From Anaerovoracaceae bacterium (lineage in GTDB: Bacteria; Bacillota; Clostridia; Peptostreptococcales; Anaerovoracaceae), in the NCBI GenBank assembly GCA_050953445.1, contig JBMNMS010000002.1, forward strand, positions 14,599 to 78,598: 64,000 nucleotides of DNA. The letters are read 5' to 3'. Below are positions 1 through 8,836 of the stretch, in pieces. The notes under the pieces were generated by a model. That model searched no databases, was not told where the DNA came from, and saw nothing but the letters and a program-made list of their open reading frames with translations. Made by a program: the position numbers and the translations under genes. Every line of letters begins with the position of its first letter. Position 1 is the stretch's first letter.

Positions 1-550
1 TAAAGCGCCAGAGCATGTTCCTGTATGGCTCGGAAGCATAATTGATTCCAACACGAGGGCTGGTGGTGTAATGGGGCAGGACACCGTCATCTTCCAACCA
101 TATCTCATTGGAAAGAGTCAGATCCAGTCCGTTTAATGACAGGTCTATTTCCGCTGCTTTTGTCAGCTTGCCCGGGCCATCGTGCCGTGGGGGGGATGCA
201 CTAAAATCCCTTTCACTGTTTTCATTCTCACGAAGCATTATGCCTCCTCTTAATAAAGCTGCTTGTGGAAAACCGGAATGTCCGGTAACCACATTAAGAA
301 GATTATGAATTCCATAGCAAAGATAAATATATGTGCATCCGCCGGTCTCATACAGTATGGAAGTGCGTTTTGTTTTACCTGCTCTGGCATGGCATGCGGA
401 ATCTTCTTCCCCCCTGTATGCCTCCGTTTCTGTTATGCGAAAGCGTAAGACCTCCCCGTTGGGTATCCTTCTTGCCAATATTTTATTTATAAGGTCCGGC
501 GCAACCGTTAGAACATCTCGGGTAAAGAAATCTCTTTCCAATCTAGTCAT
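1..550 (-). CDS. DNA-3-methyladenine glycosylase (Mpg/AAG family); C-terminal end runs off the window
   Basis: Absent from the ORF track because it is open at the window edge. Reverse translation from ATG 550-548 (GGAGG 7 nt upstream) gives MTRLERDFFTRDVLTVAPDLINKIL..ITETEAYRGEEDSACHARAGKTKRTSILYETGGCTYIYLCYGIHNLLNVV..GPGKLTKA..PRVGINYASEPYRNMLWRF. These are the ETEAY, HA..G.T.R and Y.Y..YG motifs typical of this glycosylase family. Confidence 0.8.
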   Translation of the reverse strand, partial: MTRLERDFFTRDVLTVAPDLINKILARRIPNGEVLRFRITETEAYRGEEDSACHARAGKTKRTSILYETGGCTYIYLCYGIHNLLNVVTGHSGFPQAALLRGGIMLRENENSERDFSASPPRHDGPGKLTKAAEIDLSLNGLDLTLSNEIWLEDDGVLPHYTTSPRVGINYASEPYRNMLWRF

Positions 551-666
551 ACTTTTACCTCCATGAATATTATAACCTAACTGGAAGGGTTGATGAAAAA
601 ATATTGTGAAATGTTTTTTGTGTGGTAAAATAAGGAAGAGTGTGGCCTGCAGAGGAGAAAAAAAGG

Positions 667-1356
667 ATGCTGACGCTGATTTATGCCGTAAGTACAATCT
701 TAGGGCTCCTGGGCTTATGGGTCTTTGATAGGATTCCTCAAAGCTGGCTTTTAGATTATGGGGTTACATTGGAAGAATGGTCAGGTAAAAGTTTAAAGCC
801 CCCCAGAATAAATCTGTGGCCTGAGGGAATAACCATAGTAGTTTTATTTGCCCTTGCCTCCACAGGGGTGTATTATTTACATGGGGGAGATTATAGGCGC
901 ATTGGCTTTGCTATAATCATTCTCTGGTTATTGATGCTGATTGTCATTGCGGATATAATATACGGGATATTACCCGATCAAATAATAATTGTTATTGGAA
1001 TGACAGGTTTGGTCTTTCAAATAGTCGGCAGTGGGGGATATGATTTTCAATGGAATCTGTTGGAGGAACCCTTTTTAGGGGCATTGGTATGTGGGGGAGG
1101 TCTATTCAGCCTAAGTGCATTCACCGCTCTGCTTTCGGGTGGGGAAACGGTAGGAATGGGTGATTGCAAACTGCTTTGCGCTTTAGGGATTCTTCATGGG
1201 CCCTTGGATGGGCTATGGGTTTTGTTGTTTGCCATTCTCATAAGTGGTCTTTATTTTGCGGCGGCTGTAATGATCGGGCATTTAAAACTTGATTCCTACG
1301 CCCCCTTCGCGCCACACATTGCGCTTTCAAGTAGCTTGTGGTTAATTTTTGGATAG
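667..1356 (+). CDS. A24-family prepilin peptidase-like membrane protein (no methyltransferase domain)
   Basis: Polytopic membrane protein with the two Asp motifs IADIIYGILPD and GMGDCKLLCALG (GxGDxKL). Start moved from GTG 640 to ATG 667, which has AGAGGAG 9 nt upstream. Confidence 0.7.
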   Translation: MLTLIYAVSTILGLLGLWVFDRIPQSWLLDYGVTLEEWSGKSLKPPRINLWPEGITIVVLFALASTGVYYLHGGDYRRIGFAIIILWLLMLIVIADIIYGILPDQIIIVIGMTGLVFQIVGSGGYDFQWNLLEEPFLGALVCGGGLFSLSAFTALLSGGETVGMGDCKLLCALGILHGPLDGLWVLLFAILISGLYFAAAVMIGHLKLDSYAPFAPHIALSSSLWLIFG

Positions 1357-1387
1357 ACTAAAATGAAGAATAGGGGATATTCAGGCT

Positions 1388-2275
1388 ATGTGGGAAATAA
1401 TCGAGCATACATTTTTAGATTCCTTAAGAATGTTGCCTTTTCTTATGGTAGCATATTTGATAGTTGAATATATTTCCCGAGGGGCAGGGAAAAGGATTCA
1501 GGTCTTCATTGTGAATCCAGGCCTGTTGGGTCCGGTGGGGGGCGGATTGCTGGGGCTTCTCCCTCAATGTGGCATATCCGTTATGGCGGCCAATCTTTAT
1601 AGCGAAAGAATGATGACTATGGGGACGTTAGTAGCCATTTTTCTAGCAACATCGGATGAGGCTATCCCAGTTCTTTTTGCAAATCCGGGTAATAGCGGAC
1701 TTATTCTGCAATTGTTAGGCATAAAAATGGCCATAGCTTTGATTTTTGGATTGGCTATCGATGTGATAGGCGGGAGGATTAAATCCGAAAAGAAGGAGAA
1801 CTCTAAAATGTACCTTTGCGAAAGTGGGGATCTTGATTGTAACCACAGGGGATGTAAATGCAGCTGCAACAGCGTTGATTCCGGGGGCAAAAATATTTTG
1901 AAAGTAGTTCTAAGACATAGCATTAGAATATTTCTGTTCATTTTAATAATTTTGCTCGTCTTGAATATGGGATTTTATTTCTTAGGGGATCACCTGGTGG
2001 AGCGAATCCTTATGAAAGGCAGCTTTTTTCAGCCATTTTTAACGGCAATCTTTGGAATGGTACCCAGCTGCGCCTCCTCGGTGGTTCTTACTCAGCTCTA
2101 TCTTGAAAACAGCATTTCCTTTGGGTCAATGATAGCAGGATTATCCGGTGGCACCGGGGTGGGGCTTGCGGTTTTGATTAAAAACAATGGCAATAAAAAA
2201 GAAACTTTAATGGTGATAGCCCTTCTTTATGCTATTGGCGTGGCAGTCGGATTGTTTTTCAATCTAACCTTTTAA
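1388..2275 (+). CDS. Putative ~10-TM metal/metalloid permease (ArsP_2-like) with a Cys-rich central loop
   Basis: Two hydrophobic halves each carry a P-x-C motif (LLPQCGISVMAANLY and MVPSCASSVVLTQLY). They are separated by the loop CESGDLDCNHRGCKCSC. The family name is recalled from annotation patterns and was not searched. Confidence 0.55.
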   Translation: MWEIIEHTFLDSLRMLPFLMVAYLIVEYISRGAGKRIQVFIVNPGLLGPVGGGLLGLLPQCGISVMAANLYSERMMTMGTLVAIFLATSDEAIPVLFANPGNSGLILQLLGIKMAIALIFGLAIDVIGGRIKSEKKENSKMYLCESGDLDCNHRGCKCSCNSVDSGGKNILKVVLRHSIRIFLFILIILLVLNMGFYFLGDHLVERILMKGSFFQPFLTAIFGMVPSCASSVVLTQLYLENSISFGSMIAGLSGGTGVGLAVLIKNNGNKKETLMVIALLYAIGVAVGLFFNLTF

Positions 2276-2884
2276 TATTTTTTTATGAACCTCAATCATG
2301 ACAAAAAGCAAGGACACTCCTAGGGCCATACCCGCCAATATGTCCGACGGATAGTGGACGCCTAGATAGATTCGTGATAGGGGAATGAGGAATATGAGGA
2401 TGGACAGCGATGCGGTCGTTATAGTGAGGCATATTTTTTTTTCTTTTTTTCCATAATGCAGGCGTAAAAGATATATCATTATTCCAAAGAAGACGATGGA
2501 GGTCATGGTGTGGCCACTGGGGAATCCATAGCCTTGCTCAATAATTAAATGAGACATTAATTGGGGGCGGGGGCGTTTAATCAAAGTTTTAAGCATGTGA
2601 TAGATAAGCGTAGAAAGTATTGCAGATATGCTGAGAAAATATCCATAATCCTTTTTCCATCTTGGATTTAGTAGTGCCACCAAACAAATTAATGCTATGG
2701 TCTGTTTGTTGCCGCAGTAGGTAATGAAGGTAAAAAATGCGGTCAGATGTTCGCTGCGAAGCTCCCGGGCCAGATCAAGTAAAGGAACGTCAAAAAACAG
2801 GGTAGTTCTATAATGGATACCTATGGACAAAATAGTAAAAATAGATAGTCCTAATACAGGTATAAGTATCTTGATTTTTTTCAT
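2264..2884 (-). CDS. PAP2-family phosphatase (undecaprenyl-diphosphatase/BcrC-like)
   Basis: Membrane protein with the three PAP2 motifs KRPRP, PSGH and SRIYLGVHYPSD. Confidence 0.85.
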   Translation of the reverse strand: MKKIKILIPVLGLSIFTILSIGIHYRTTLFFDVPLLDLARELRSEHLTAFFTFITYCGNKQTIALICLVALLNPRWKKDYGYFLSISAILSTLIYHMLKTLIKRPRPQLMSHLIIEQGYGFPSGHTMTSIVFFGIMIYLLRLHYGKKEKKICLTITTASLSILIFLIPLSRIYLGVHYPSDILAGMALGVSLLFVMIEVHKKILKG

Positions 2885-2919
2885 AAAACCTTAAATGCTC
2901 CCGCTTTGTCAATACATAT

Positions 2920-2943
2920 GCCCCGACAAAAGGTCGTCGGGGC
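2920..2943 (-). terminator. Hairpin downstream of fba
   Basis: GCCCCGAC, an 8-nt loop, then GTCGGGGC (8-bp GC-rich stem), 12 nt after the fba stop. The U-tract on the minus strand is weak (ATATGTATT). Confidence 0.4.
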
Positions 2944-2954
2944 ACAGGTATAGC

Positions 2955-3884
2955 CTACCTCATATTGCTGGCACCCAAAACATTCTTTATCTTATGTTGA
3001 ACCATTGATTTGATGGCTTGTCGAGCGGGGCCCAGATATTTTCTCGGATCGAAATCCTCTGGATGTTCAACGAAGTGGCGGCGGATTTCAGCGGTCATTG
3101 CAAGCCTTAGGTCTGTGTCTATATTAACCTTGCATACGCCGTATTTGGTTGCAGTGCGAATCATTTCTTCGGGAACGCCCTGGGCACCCGGGATGTTTCC
3201 CCCATACTGATTGCATCTTGCCACAAACTCCGGCAGCACCGTAGATGCGCCATGAAGAACTAAAGGTGTGGTGGGAAGAAGCTTGGCGATTTTTTGTAGT
3301 CTTTCAAAATCAAGGTAGGGTTCTCCTTTAAATTTATATGCTCCATGACTTGTGCCGATAGCAATTGCCAAAGAGTCTACACCGGTTCTTTCTACAAATT
3401 CCTGGGCCTCCTGTGGATCCGTGAAGGAAGCGGAGCGTTCATCGACATTTATATTGTCCTCAATGCCGGCAAGCCTGCCTAATTCTGCCTCCACTACCAC
3501 CCCGTGGGCATGGGCATAGTCTACAACCTGCTTGGTCAATGCGATGTTTTCTTCAAAAGGATACTTTGAGCCGTCTATCATGACGGAGGTAAAACCATCG
3601 TCTACACATTTTTTGCAGATATCAAAATCTTCGCCGTGATCTAAATGCAGGCATATATCCAGCCCCGTATCTAAAATAGCGGCCTCCACCAATTTTAGAA
3701 GATAGGCCGGCTTGGCATATTTCCTTGCTCCTGCCGATACCTGCAGGATCAGTGGTGCATTTTCCTCCTGGGCCGCATCTACGATACCCTGTATGATTTC
3801 CATGTTATTGACGTTGAATGCGCCAATAGCATAATCACTTTTTAGTGCTTTATCAAACATTTCCTTCGATGTAACGAGTGCCAT
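2955..3884 (-). CDS. fba: Class II fructose-1,6-bisphosphate aldolase
   Basis: AIGAFNVNNME, LHLDHG and IGTSHGAYKF motifs, 309 aa, with a GGAGG RBS. Confidence 0.9.
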   Translation of the reverse strand: MALVTSKEMFDKALKSDYAIGAFNVNNMEIIQGIVDAAQEENAPLILQVSAGARKYAKPAYLLKLVEAAILDTGLDICLHLDHGEDFDICKKCVDDGFTSVMIDGSKYPFEENIALTKQVVDYAHAHGVVVEAELGRLAGIEDNINVDERSASFTDPQEAQEFVERTGVDSLAIAIGTSHGAYKFKGEPYLDFERLQKIAKLLPTTPLVLHGASTVLPEFVARCNQYGGNIPGAQGVPEEMIRTATKYGVCKVNIDTDLRLAMTAEIRRHFVEHPEDFDPRKYLGPARQAIKSMVQHKIKNVLGASNMR

Positions 3885-3990
3885 AATCTTACCTCCTACT
3901 ACACTTTAAGAATTGACTCTACATTAAAATTATACACCTGTTTTGAGGGAAATGCATCCATTTTATCCAGATTTACTACCCATTCCTTGA

Positions 3991-4389
3991 TTAGGGGGTT
4001 TTGTCGCTGTTAAGAATTGTGGAAAGAAGCGGGGCAAAGGTTGATATTATCTGTTCCATATCCTTGAACTTTCCAACACTTGAAAGGCCTTGGATAAGAT
4101 TGTTTATCTGTTCGTTTGTCTTACCCTCTCCCAGAAAGTCTTTAAGTGCATCCATGGACTGACAGACATTTTCGATCTGTGAAAAATGTGTGGGTTTACC
4201 CATGGGAGGTATTCTTTTCCCCTGGTTCAAACGATTGATTTTTTCTAAGGCCCTTGTCATATTAACAAGTCTGTCCAGATATAATTCCATTTTAAAGGTG
4301 TCGATGTAGCTGGGTAAGCATTGAAAGCTACGCCTATTTCCGGGATTTAAGAGAAATAGGATGAAAACCAATAAAAGAATGGGATTCAT
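3991..4389 (-). CDS. Hypothetical protein with N-terminal hydrophobic segment
   Basis: 132-aa ORF with an N-terminal TM or signal-like segment MNPILLLVFILFLL. No recognisable motifs. Confidence 0.5.
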   Translation of the reverse strand: MNPILLLVFILFLLNPGNRRSFQCLPSYIDTFKMELYLDRLVNMTRALEKINRLNQGKRIPPMGKPTHFSQIENVCQSMDALKDFLGEGKTNEQINNLIQGLSSVGKFKDMEQIISTFAPLLSTILNSDKTP

Positions 4390-4502
4390 TATGTAACCTC
4401 ACTTTCATACAAGCAACCCTTATTGTAAAGGGGCATAAAATTAACTAATGGGAATGTTAATATGCCTTAGGACATAATATGAGGAGAAAGGAGGATAAGT
4501 GC

Positions 4503-4787
4503 ATGGACATAGATCAAAAATTATTGATGGAACTGGCAGAGAGGGCCGGAATAAAAGGGGGAGCAAAGGATGGGGGTTCAAGGACTGAGGATGTAATAGA
4601 CAGGTTAAAGGGTAGCAGTGAGGATCAATTGTTAAATGAAATCATGGCATTAAAGGGAGAAATAAAAAAGAATCCGGTCCAGTATGAGAGGCAATTAAAT
4701 GCCATCAGGGCACTGGCCGGAATGATGAGCGGCGAACAGCGCCGCAGACTGGATAAGGTTATTGCTTTAATGGAAAGTGATGATTAG
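4503..4787 (+). CDS. Hypothetical small soluble protein
   Basis: Start moved to ATG 4503 (AGGAGG 8 nt upstream). 94 aa, charged and helical-looking, with no known motif. Confidence 0.5.
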   Translation: MDIDQKLLMELAERAGIKGGAKDGGSRTEDVIDRLKGSSEDQLLNEIMALKGEIKKNPVQYERQLNAIRALAGMMSGEQRRRLDKVIALMESDD

Positions 4788-4800
4788 AATCAGAGCCATA

Positions 4801-5304
4801 TCATTTGGCAACCAACACTACCGCCTGCTTCAAGGTGGTATCAGATGGAAAATTGAAACTTCCAGCTTTTATTTTTGTTTCCACCCCAGCCTCAACGACG
4901 GCATCTAGAAACTCATCCACATCATAGGCTAATCCGGCATCGACAAAAATTTGGCCAATTTGATTCATGTTGGCACCGATAGGGATTTCCAGTAATATGC
5001 CTTTGGGAGCTTGCCCGGTGTCCGCAATTTCCTCGTTGGATGGGTTTTTAGATTTGCTGCTATCTTCATCATTAAAATCCTCATCTCTCATCTGGATTGA
5101 AGGATCATCCTCATCCTCATCCTCGCCATCGTCATAGTACTGTTCAGCGTTATGTGCATTGGCATCCGCCTCCGCTGCCAGCACAGCCGGATAATCCATT
5201 ATTACTACAATGCGACTATATATGATTAAAGCAGCTATTGAAATAATAATAAAGGCAATCAATATATCATTCTTATCATAAATAATGTCTTTTATTTTCC
5301 CCAT
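4801..5304 (-). CDS. Membrane-anchored protein with an acidic linker and a small C-terminal globular domain
   Basis: Start at ATG 5304 (MGKIKD). One TM (ILIAFIIISIAALIIYSRIVVI), a DEDEDD-rich linker, and a C-terminal about 60 aa (IPIGANMNQIGQIFVDAGL..) that faintly resembles the N-terminal domain of YceG/MltG. Confidence 0.55.
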   Translation of the reverse strand: MGKIKDIIYDKNDILIAFIIISIAALIIYSRIVVIMDYPAVLAAEADANAHNAEQYYDDGEDEDEDDPSIQMRDEDFNDEDSSKSKNPSNEEIADTGQAPKGILLEIPIGANMNQIGQIFVDAGLAYDVDEFLDAVVEAGVETKIKAGSFNFPSDTTLKQAVVLVAK

Positions 5305-5418
5305 TATGAAGTACCTTCTTTCCACATACTACTTTAACATAGATTATAAAGGACTTCAATTTCAATTTTGCCATTTATGCTATCTTGCATACAGAATTCA
5401 ATGATGTATAATATAGAG

Positions 5419-6405
5419 ATGGTGAAAATAATCATTACAGAGAATGAATCAAATCAACGCTTAGATAAATTTCTAAAAAAGTATTTCAAAAATGCAACGT
5501 TAAACCATATATACAAGCTGTTACGAAAGGATGTAAAGGTAAACGGTAAAAGGGTTTCGCCGGACACTCGCATACTGGCGGGGGATGAGATTATTGTATA
5601 TGTAGATGAGAAAGAGGCCATGGGGTTGGTCAAGCCCAGGTATAGGGAAAGATCATCGAAAGGAATGAAACGACCTTTTGCCATAGCTTATGAGGATGAT
5701 CATGTCCTCATCGCAGAGAAACCCCCGGGTCTTTTGATTCATGGAACCCAAAGTGAAAAGAAAAGCACCCTAACCAATTGGGTGATCGATTACCTGATCT
5801 CCCATGGCGAATATTCGCCTCGATTATCAAAGACTTTCGTACCGGCATCGGTGAATCGCCTGGATCGTAATACCAGCGGGCTGGTTATTTTCGGTAAGAA
5901 TTATGGCTCATTGAAATCCTTAAATCGCATGATGAGTGAAGGCGGTCATATATTCAAATACTATTTGGCCATAGTAAAGGGTGAGGTGGAAAGGGAATTA
6001 TGTCTAAAGGGCACCATGGAAAAGAATGAAACACTAAACAGAGTTAAAGTTCATGGTTTGGAAGATGATAAAGATGGAAAAATGATGGAAACCCTTGTGC
6101 GGCCAATTGAGGTGAGAAATGGTTACAGTTTTATAGAAGCTGAGCTGATAACCGGCAGGACTCATCAGATCAGGGCACAGCTGGCAGCGGCAGGTTATCC
6201 CATAATAGGGGATGGTAAATATGGTAGCATTGAAGTAAATAAGGAGATGCGAAGGCGTTTTGACCTTTCATCGCAGTATTTACATGCCTATAAACTAAGT
6301 TTTGAAAACTGCATTGAGCCTCTCAAATACATGTCAGGGTTACAGATAGTAAGTCACCTGCCGCCATTTATGATGACAGTAAAAGAAACATTGTTTTCAA
6401 GATAG
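5419..6405 (+). CDS. RluA-family pseudouridine synthase with S4-like N-terminal domain
   Basis: Catalytic motif NRLDRNTSGLVIFGK plus GRTHQIRAQLA. The start is uncertain. ATG 5419 (MVKIIITENESNQRLDKFL) is preferred over the TTG at 5368. Confidence 0.85.
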   Translation: MVKIIITENESNQRLDKFLKKYFKNATLNHIYKLLRKDVKVNGKRVSPDTRILAGDEIIVYVDEKEAMGLVKPRYRERSSKGMKRPFAIAYEDDHVLIAEKPPGLLIHGTQSEKKSTLTNWVIDYLISHGEYSPRLSKTFVPASVNRLDRNTSGLVIFGKNYGSLKSLNRMMSEGGHIFKYYLAIVKGEVERELCLKGTMEKNETLNRVKVHGLEDDKDGKMMETLVRPIEVRNGYSFIEAELITGRTHQIRAQLAAAGYPIIGDGKYGSIEVNKEMRRRFDLSSQYLHAYKLSFENCIEPLKYMSGLQIVSHLPPFMMTVKETLFSR

Positions 6406-6441
6406 AGAATATATATATGGACGAAGGGGACTGAAACAAAA

Positions 6442-6951
6442 ATGAAGGGTTGGATTAAAGAAATAGCTATTGCAATAGTATTGGGGTTTGTGATATTGCA
6501 GTTTGTTAAGCCGACTATAGTGAAAGAACATTCCATGGAGCCTACCTTACACGAAAATGACTATATCTTTCTTAGCAAGCAAGCCTATAGATTCGGGGCA
6601 CCGGGATATGGAGACATAATAGTATTTCATACGGATTTAGTGCAGCAAAATGGTAAGGAAAAGCTATTGATTAAGAGGATAGTGGGGAAGGAAGGAGATA
6701 GGATCTCTATTTCCGACGGTGTGGTTTATCGTAACGATAAGCCTTTGGAAGAGGATTACACCCTTGAAGGCTACACGTACCAGCCCATGGAAGAGGTGAC
6801 AGTGCCCAAGGGGGCTTTGTTTGTCATGGGGGACAATAGGCAAAACAGCATAGACAGCAGGGATGAAAGCGTGGGTTTTCTGGAAATCGATAAAATAGTA
6901 GGACAGGCGGTTTTCAGACTATACCCGTTTAAGGATATAGGGCGTTTGTAA
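6442..6951 (+). CDS. lepB: Signal peptidase I
   Basis: SMEPTL (Ser), KRIVG (Lys) and [11 protein letters not shown] boxes, with an N-terminal TM. Confidence 0.9.
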   Translation: MKGWIKEIAIAIVLGFVILQFVKPTIVKEHSMEPTLHENDYIFLSKQAYRFGAPGYGDIIVFHTDLVQQNGKEKLLIKRIVGKEGDRISISDGVVYRNDKPLEEDYTLEGYTYQPMEEVTVPKGALFVMGDNRQNSIDSRDESVGFLEIDKIVGQAVFRLYPFKDIGRL

Positions 6952-6964
6952 TAGGGGAAATAAA

Positions 6965-7426
6965 GTGAAAAAGAGAAAAATTATTGTAACCAATAAAAAG
7001 GCCCGTCATGACTTTTTTATAGATGAGGTTTACGAAGCCGGAATCGTGCTCACCGGTACCGAGATAAAATCCATTCGTCAGGGGAATGTGAGCCTAAAGG
7101 AATGTTACGCCAGAATTGAAAATGGAGAAGTTATGCTATACCATATGAACATCAGTCCCTACGAGCAAGGGAACCGATTCAATGTCAATCCTTTGCGGCC
7201 AAGGAAGCTTTTGCTCCATAAAAGCGAAATCCGCAAGCTGATCGGCTATGTTACTTTAAAGGGGATGACTCTTGTACCGTTAAGCCTGTACATTGACGAA
7301 AAGGGCAGAGCTAAAATAGAATTAGCGGTAGCCCGGGGAAAGAAGTTGTATGATAAGCGAGAGGATATAGCGAAGCGAGACAGTGATCGCCGCATCAGAC
7401 AGGAGCTTAAAGAGCGCAATCGATAG
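6965..7426 (+). CDS. smpB: SsrA-binding protein SmpB
   Basis: 153 aa with the characteristic sequence [27 protein letters not shown] and a basic C-terminal tail. Confidence 0.95.
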   Translation: MKKRKIIVTNKKARHDFFIDEVYEAGIVLTGTEIKSIRQGNVSLKECYARIENGEVMLYHMNISPYEQGNRFNVNPLRPRKLLLHKSEIRKLIGYVTLKGMTLVPLSLYIDEKGRAKIELAVARGKKLYDKREDIAKRDSDRRIRQELKERNR

Positions 7427-7455
7427 AAAAAAAGCAGGGCATTTTATAGCCCTGC
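7427..7455 (-). terminator. Rho-independent terminator of the SDR gene (hairpin shared with smpB)
   Basis: GCAGGGC, an 8-nt loop, then GCCCTGC. On the minus strand the stem is followed by a 7-nt T-run (plus-strand A7 at 7427-7433). Confidence 0.7.
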
Positions 7456-7473
7456 CCCTTATGGAGGAAGGTA

Positions 7474-8238
7474 TTAGAAGGCCGTCCAGCCACTATCAGC
7501 CGTGATGGTTTGGCCATTTACAAAGCTGGAATCTTCGGAAGCTAAAAACAGTGCAACTGTCGCTATCTCCATACCGCTACCGCTCCTTGGATTCCCTGCC
7601 GTATTAGGCATTATGATGTCCATAGCCTCTGCATTGACATTTTGCATGTATTCTCCTATGCCTATTTCCGTTTCAACGCCGCCGGGACAAATGGCATTAC
7701 ACCTTATGTTCTTTTTAGCATACATATATCCTGTGTTTTTGGTCAACCCCACTACCGCATGTTTTGATGCAGTATATACTGCCCCCGCTCTTGCACCGAA
7801 CAGACCACCGATGGAAGCTATGTTTATTATATTTCCACTACCCTGTTTCAAAAATATCTCAACAGCTTTTCTCATGCTATAAAACAAAGAGAACACATTA
7901 AGATTAAAGATTTTTTCCAGCATTTCATCCTTCACATCCCCAACAGGACTGAAATCGTCCATTAACCCAGCATTATTTACCAGAATGTCAAGCCTGCCCG
8001 AGTCATTAAAGGCATGTTCTATCATTTTTTCTGCAGCACCCTTTTGAGTCAAATCCGATCCGTAGGGTATTATTTTTCCCTCAAAACCTTTTGAACTTTC
8101 TGCCAGTTCCTCAAGCCTTTCTATTCTTCTGGCCACCGCATAAACAGTCGCCCCTTCCTTTGCAAACAGATAAGCAATATCCCGTCCCATGCCACCGCTG
8201 GCACCGGTTACTATGGCAACCTTTTCTTTTAATTTCAT
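7474..8238 (-). CDS. SDR-family oxidoreductase
   Basis: TGASGGMG Rossmann motif, NNAG, and YTASKHAV (YxxxK). The track ORF over-extends. The start is ATG 8238 (MKLKEKVAIVTGAS) with a GGAGG RBS. Confidence 0.9.
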   Translation of the reverse strand: MKLKEKVAIVTGASGGMGRDIAYLFAKEGATVYAVARRIERLEELAESSKGFEGKIIPYGSDLTQKGAAEKMIEHAFNDSGRLDILVNNAGLMDDFSPVGDVKDEMLEKIFNLNVFSLFYSMRKAVEIFLKQGSGNIINIASIGGLFGARAGAVYTASKHAVVGLTKNTGYMYAKKNIRCNAICPGGVETEIGIGEYMQNVNAEAMDIIMPNTAGNPRSGSGMEIATVALFLASEDSSFVNGQTITADSGWTAF

Positions 8239-8440
8239 TTTTACCGACCTCCTATATGAATAATATTTAAATATATCTGATTTATGATATTTTATTATAT
8301 CATAGGCGGGAATGAGAGGAAATATAAATTTTTGAATCTTGTGAATTTTGAGAATAGTGATTGCGGATGAGTTGGGTTGTTGTAAAGAAAAAGGCTTGAC
8401 AGCTATCCCGGGGTGTGTTAAAGTGTCCAAGGTGAAGAAT

Positions 8441-8812
8441 ATGGCGGAAAAGATAAATGACATAGAAAAAATGACAGAGATGGGAATTCTCTACGACTTT
8501 TATGGAATGTTGCTCCCTGGAAAGCAGAGGAATATTTTTGCCTTGTATTATGAGGATGATTACAGTTTATCGGAAATCGGCGAGGAACTTGGGATAACCA
8601 GACAGGGAGTACATGATTTTTTGAAACGGGGCGAGAATAGGCTCAATGAATATGAGAGTAAATTAGGTCTTGTCAAGCGTTTTGGACAAATGGAGCAAGC
8701 AAAAGAAAAAGCCATGAAAGCTATCGATTTGCTTGCTGAAGAATTTAAGGAAAACAATGCTTTGACGCAAGGTTTGAAGGACATAAAGAAGATGATAGAA
8801 ACCTTGGATTAA
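8441..8812 (+). CDS. ylxM: YlxM/p13-like putative DNA-binding protein (UPF0122)
   Basis: Sigma-70 region-4-like HTH (YSLSEIGEELGITRQGVHDFLKR) directly upstream of ffh, as in other Firmicutes. Start trimmed to ATG 8441. Confidence 0.85.
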   Translation: MAEKINDIEKMTEMGILYDFYGMLLPGKQRNIFALYYEDDYSLSEIGEELGITRQGVHDFLKRGENRLNEYESKLGLVKRFGQMEQAKEKAMKAIDLLAEEFKENNALTQGLKDIKKMIETLD

Positions 8813-8836
8813 ACGGAATGTATTTAGGAGTGGAAA

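Noticed and set aside
5041-5160. GAT/GAA/GAG-rich low-complexity DNA here and at 13861-13915.
   Set aside because: Both are in frame within CDSs and encode acidic linkers (DEDEDD and DDDEYEDEEE). They are not independent DNA repeats.
7427-7473. Looked for tmRNA (ssrA), which often lies next to smpB.
   Set aside because: The 47-bp gap holds only a terminator hairpin. No tRNA-like acceptor/T-arm sequence (..GGTTCGAnTCC..CCA) occurs near smpB.
7474-8463. Long N-terminal extensions in track ORFs: 7474-8463, 8348-8812, 15681-16691, 22259-23203, 27597-28430, 44737-46398 and 35503-37971.
   Set aside because: The extensions are hydrophobic or low-complexity read-through of intergenic sequence. Internal ATGs with proper GGAGG-type RBS coincide with the conserved N-termini of the respective families.
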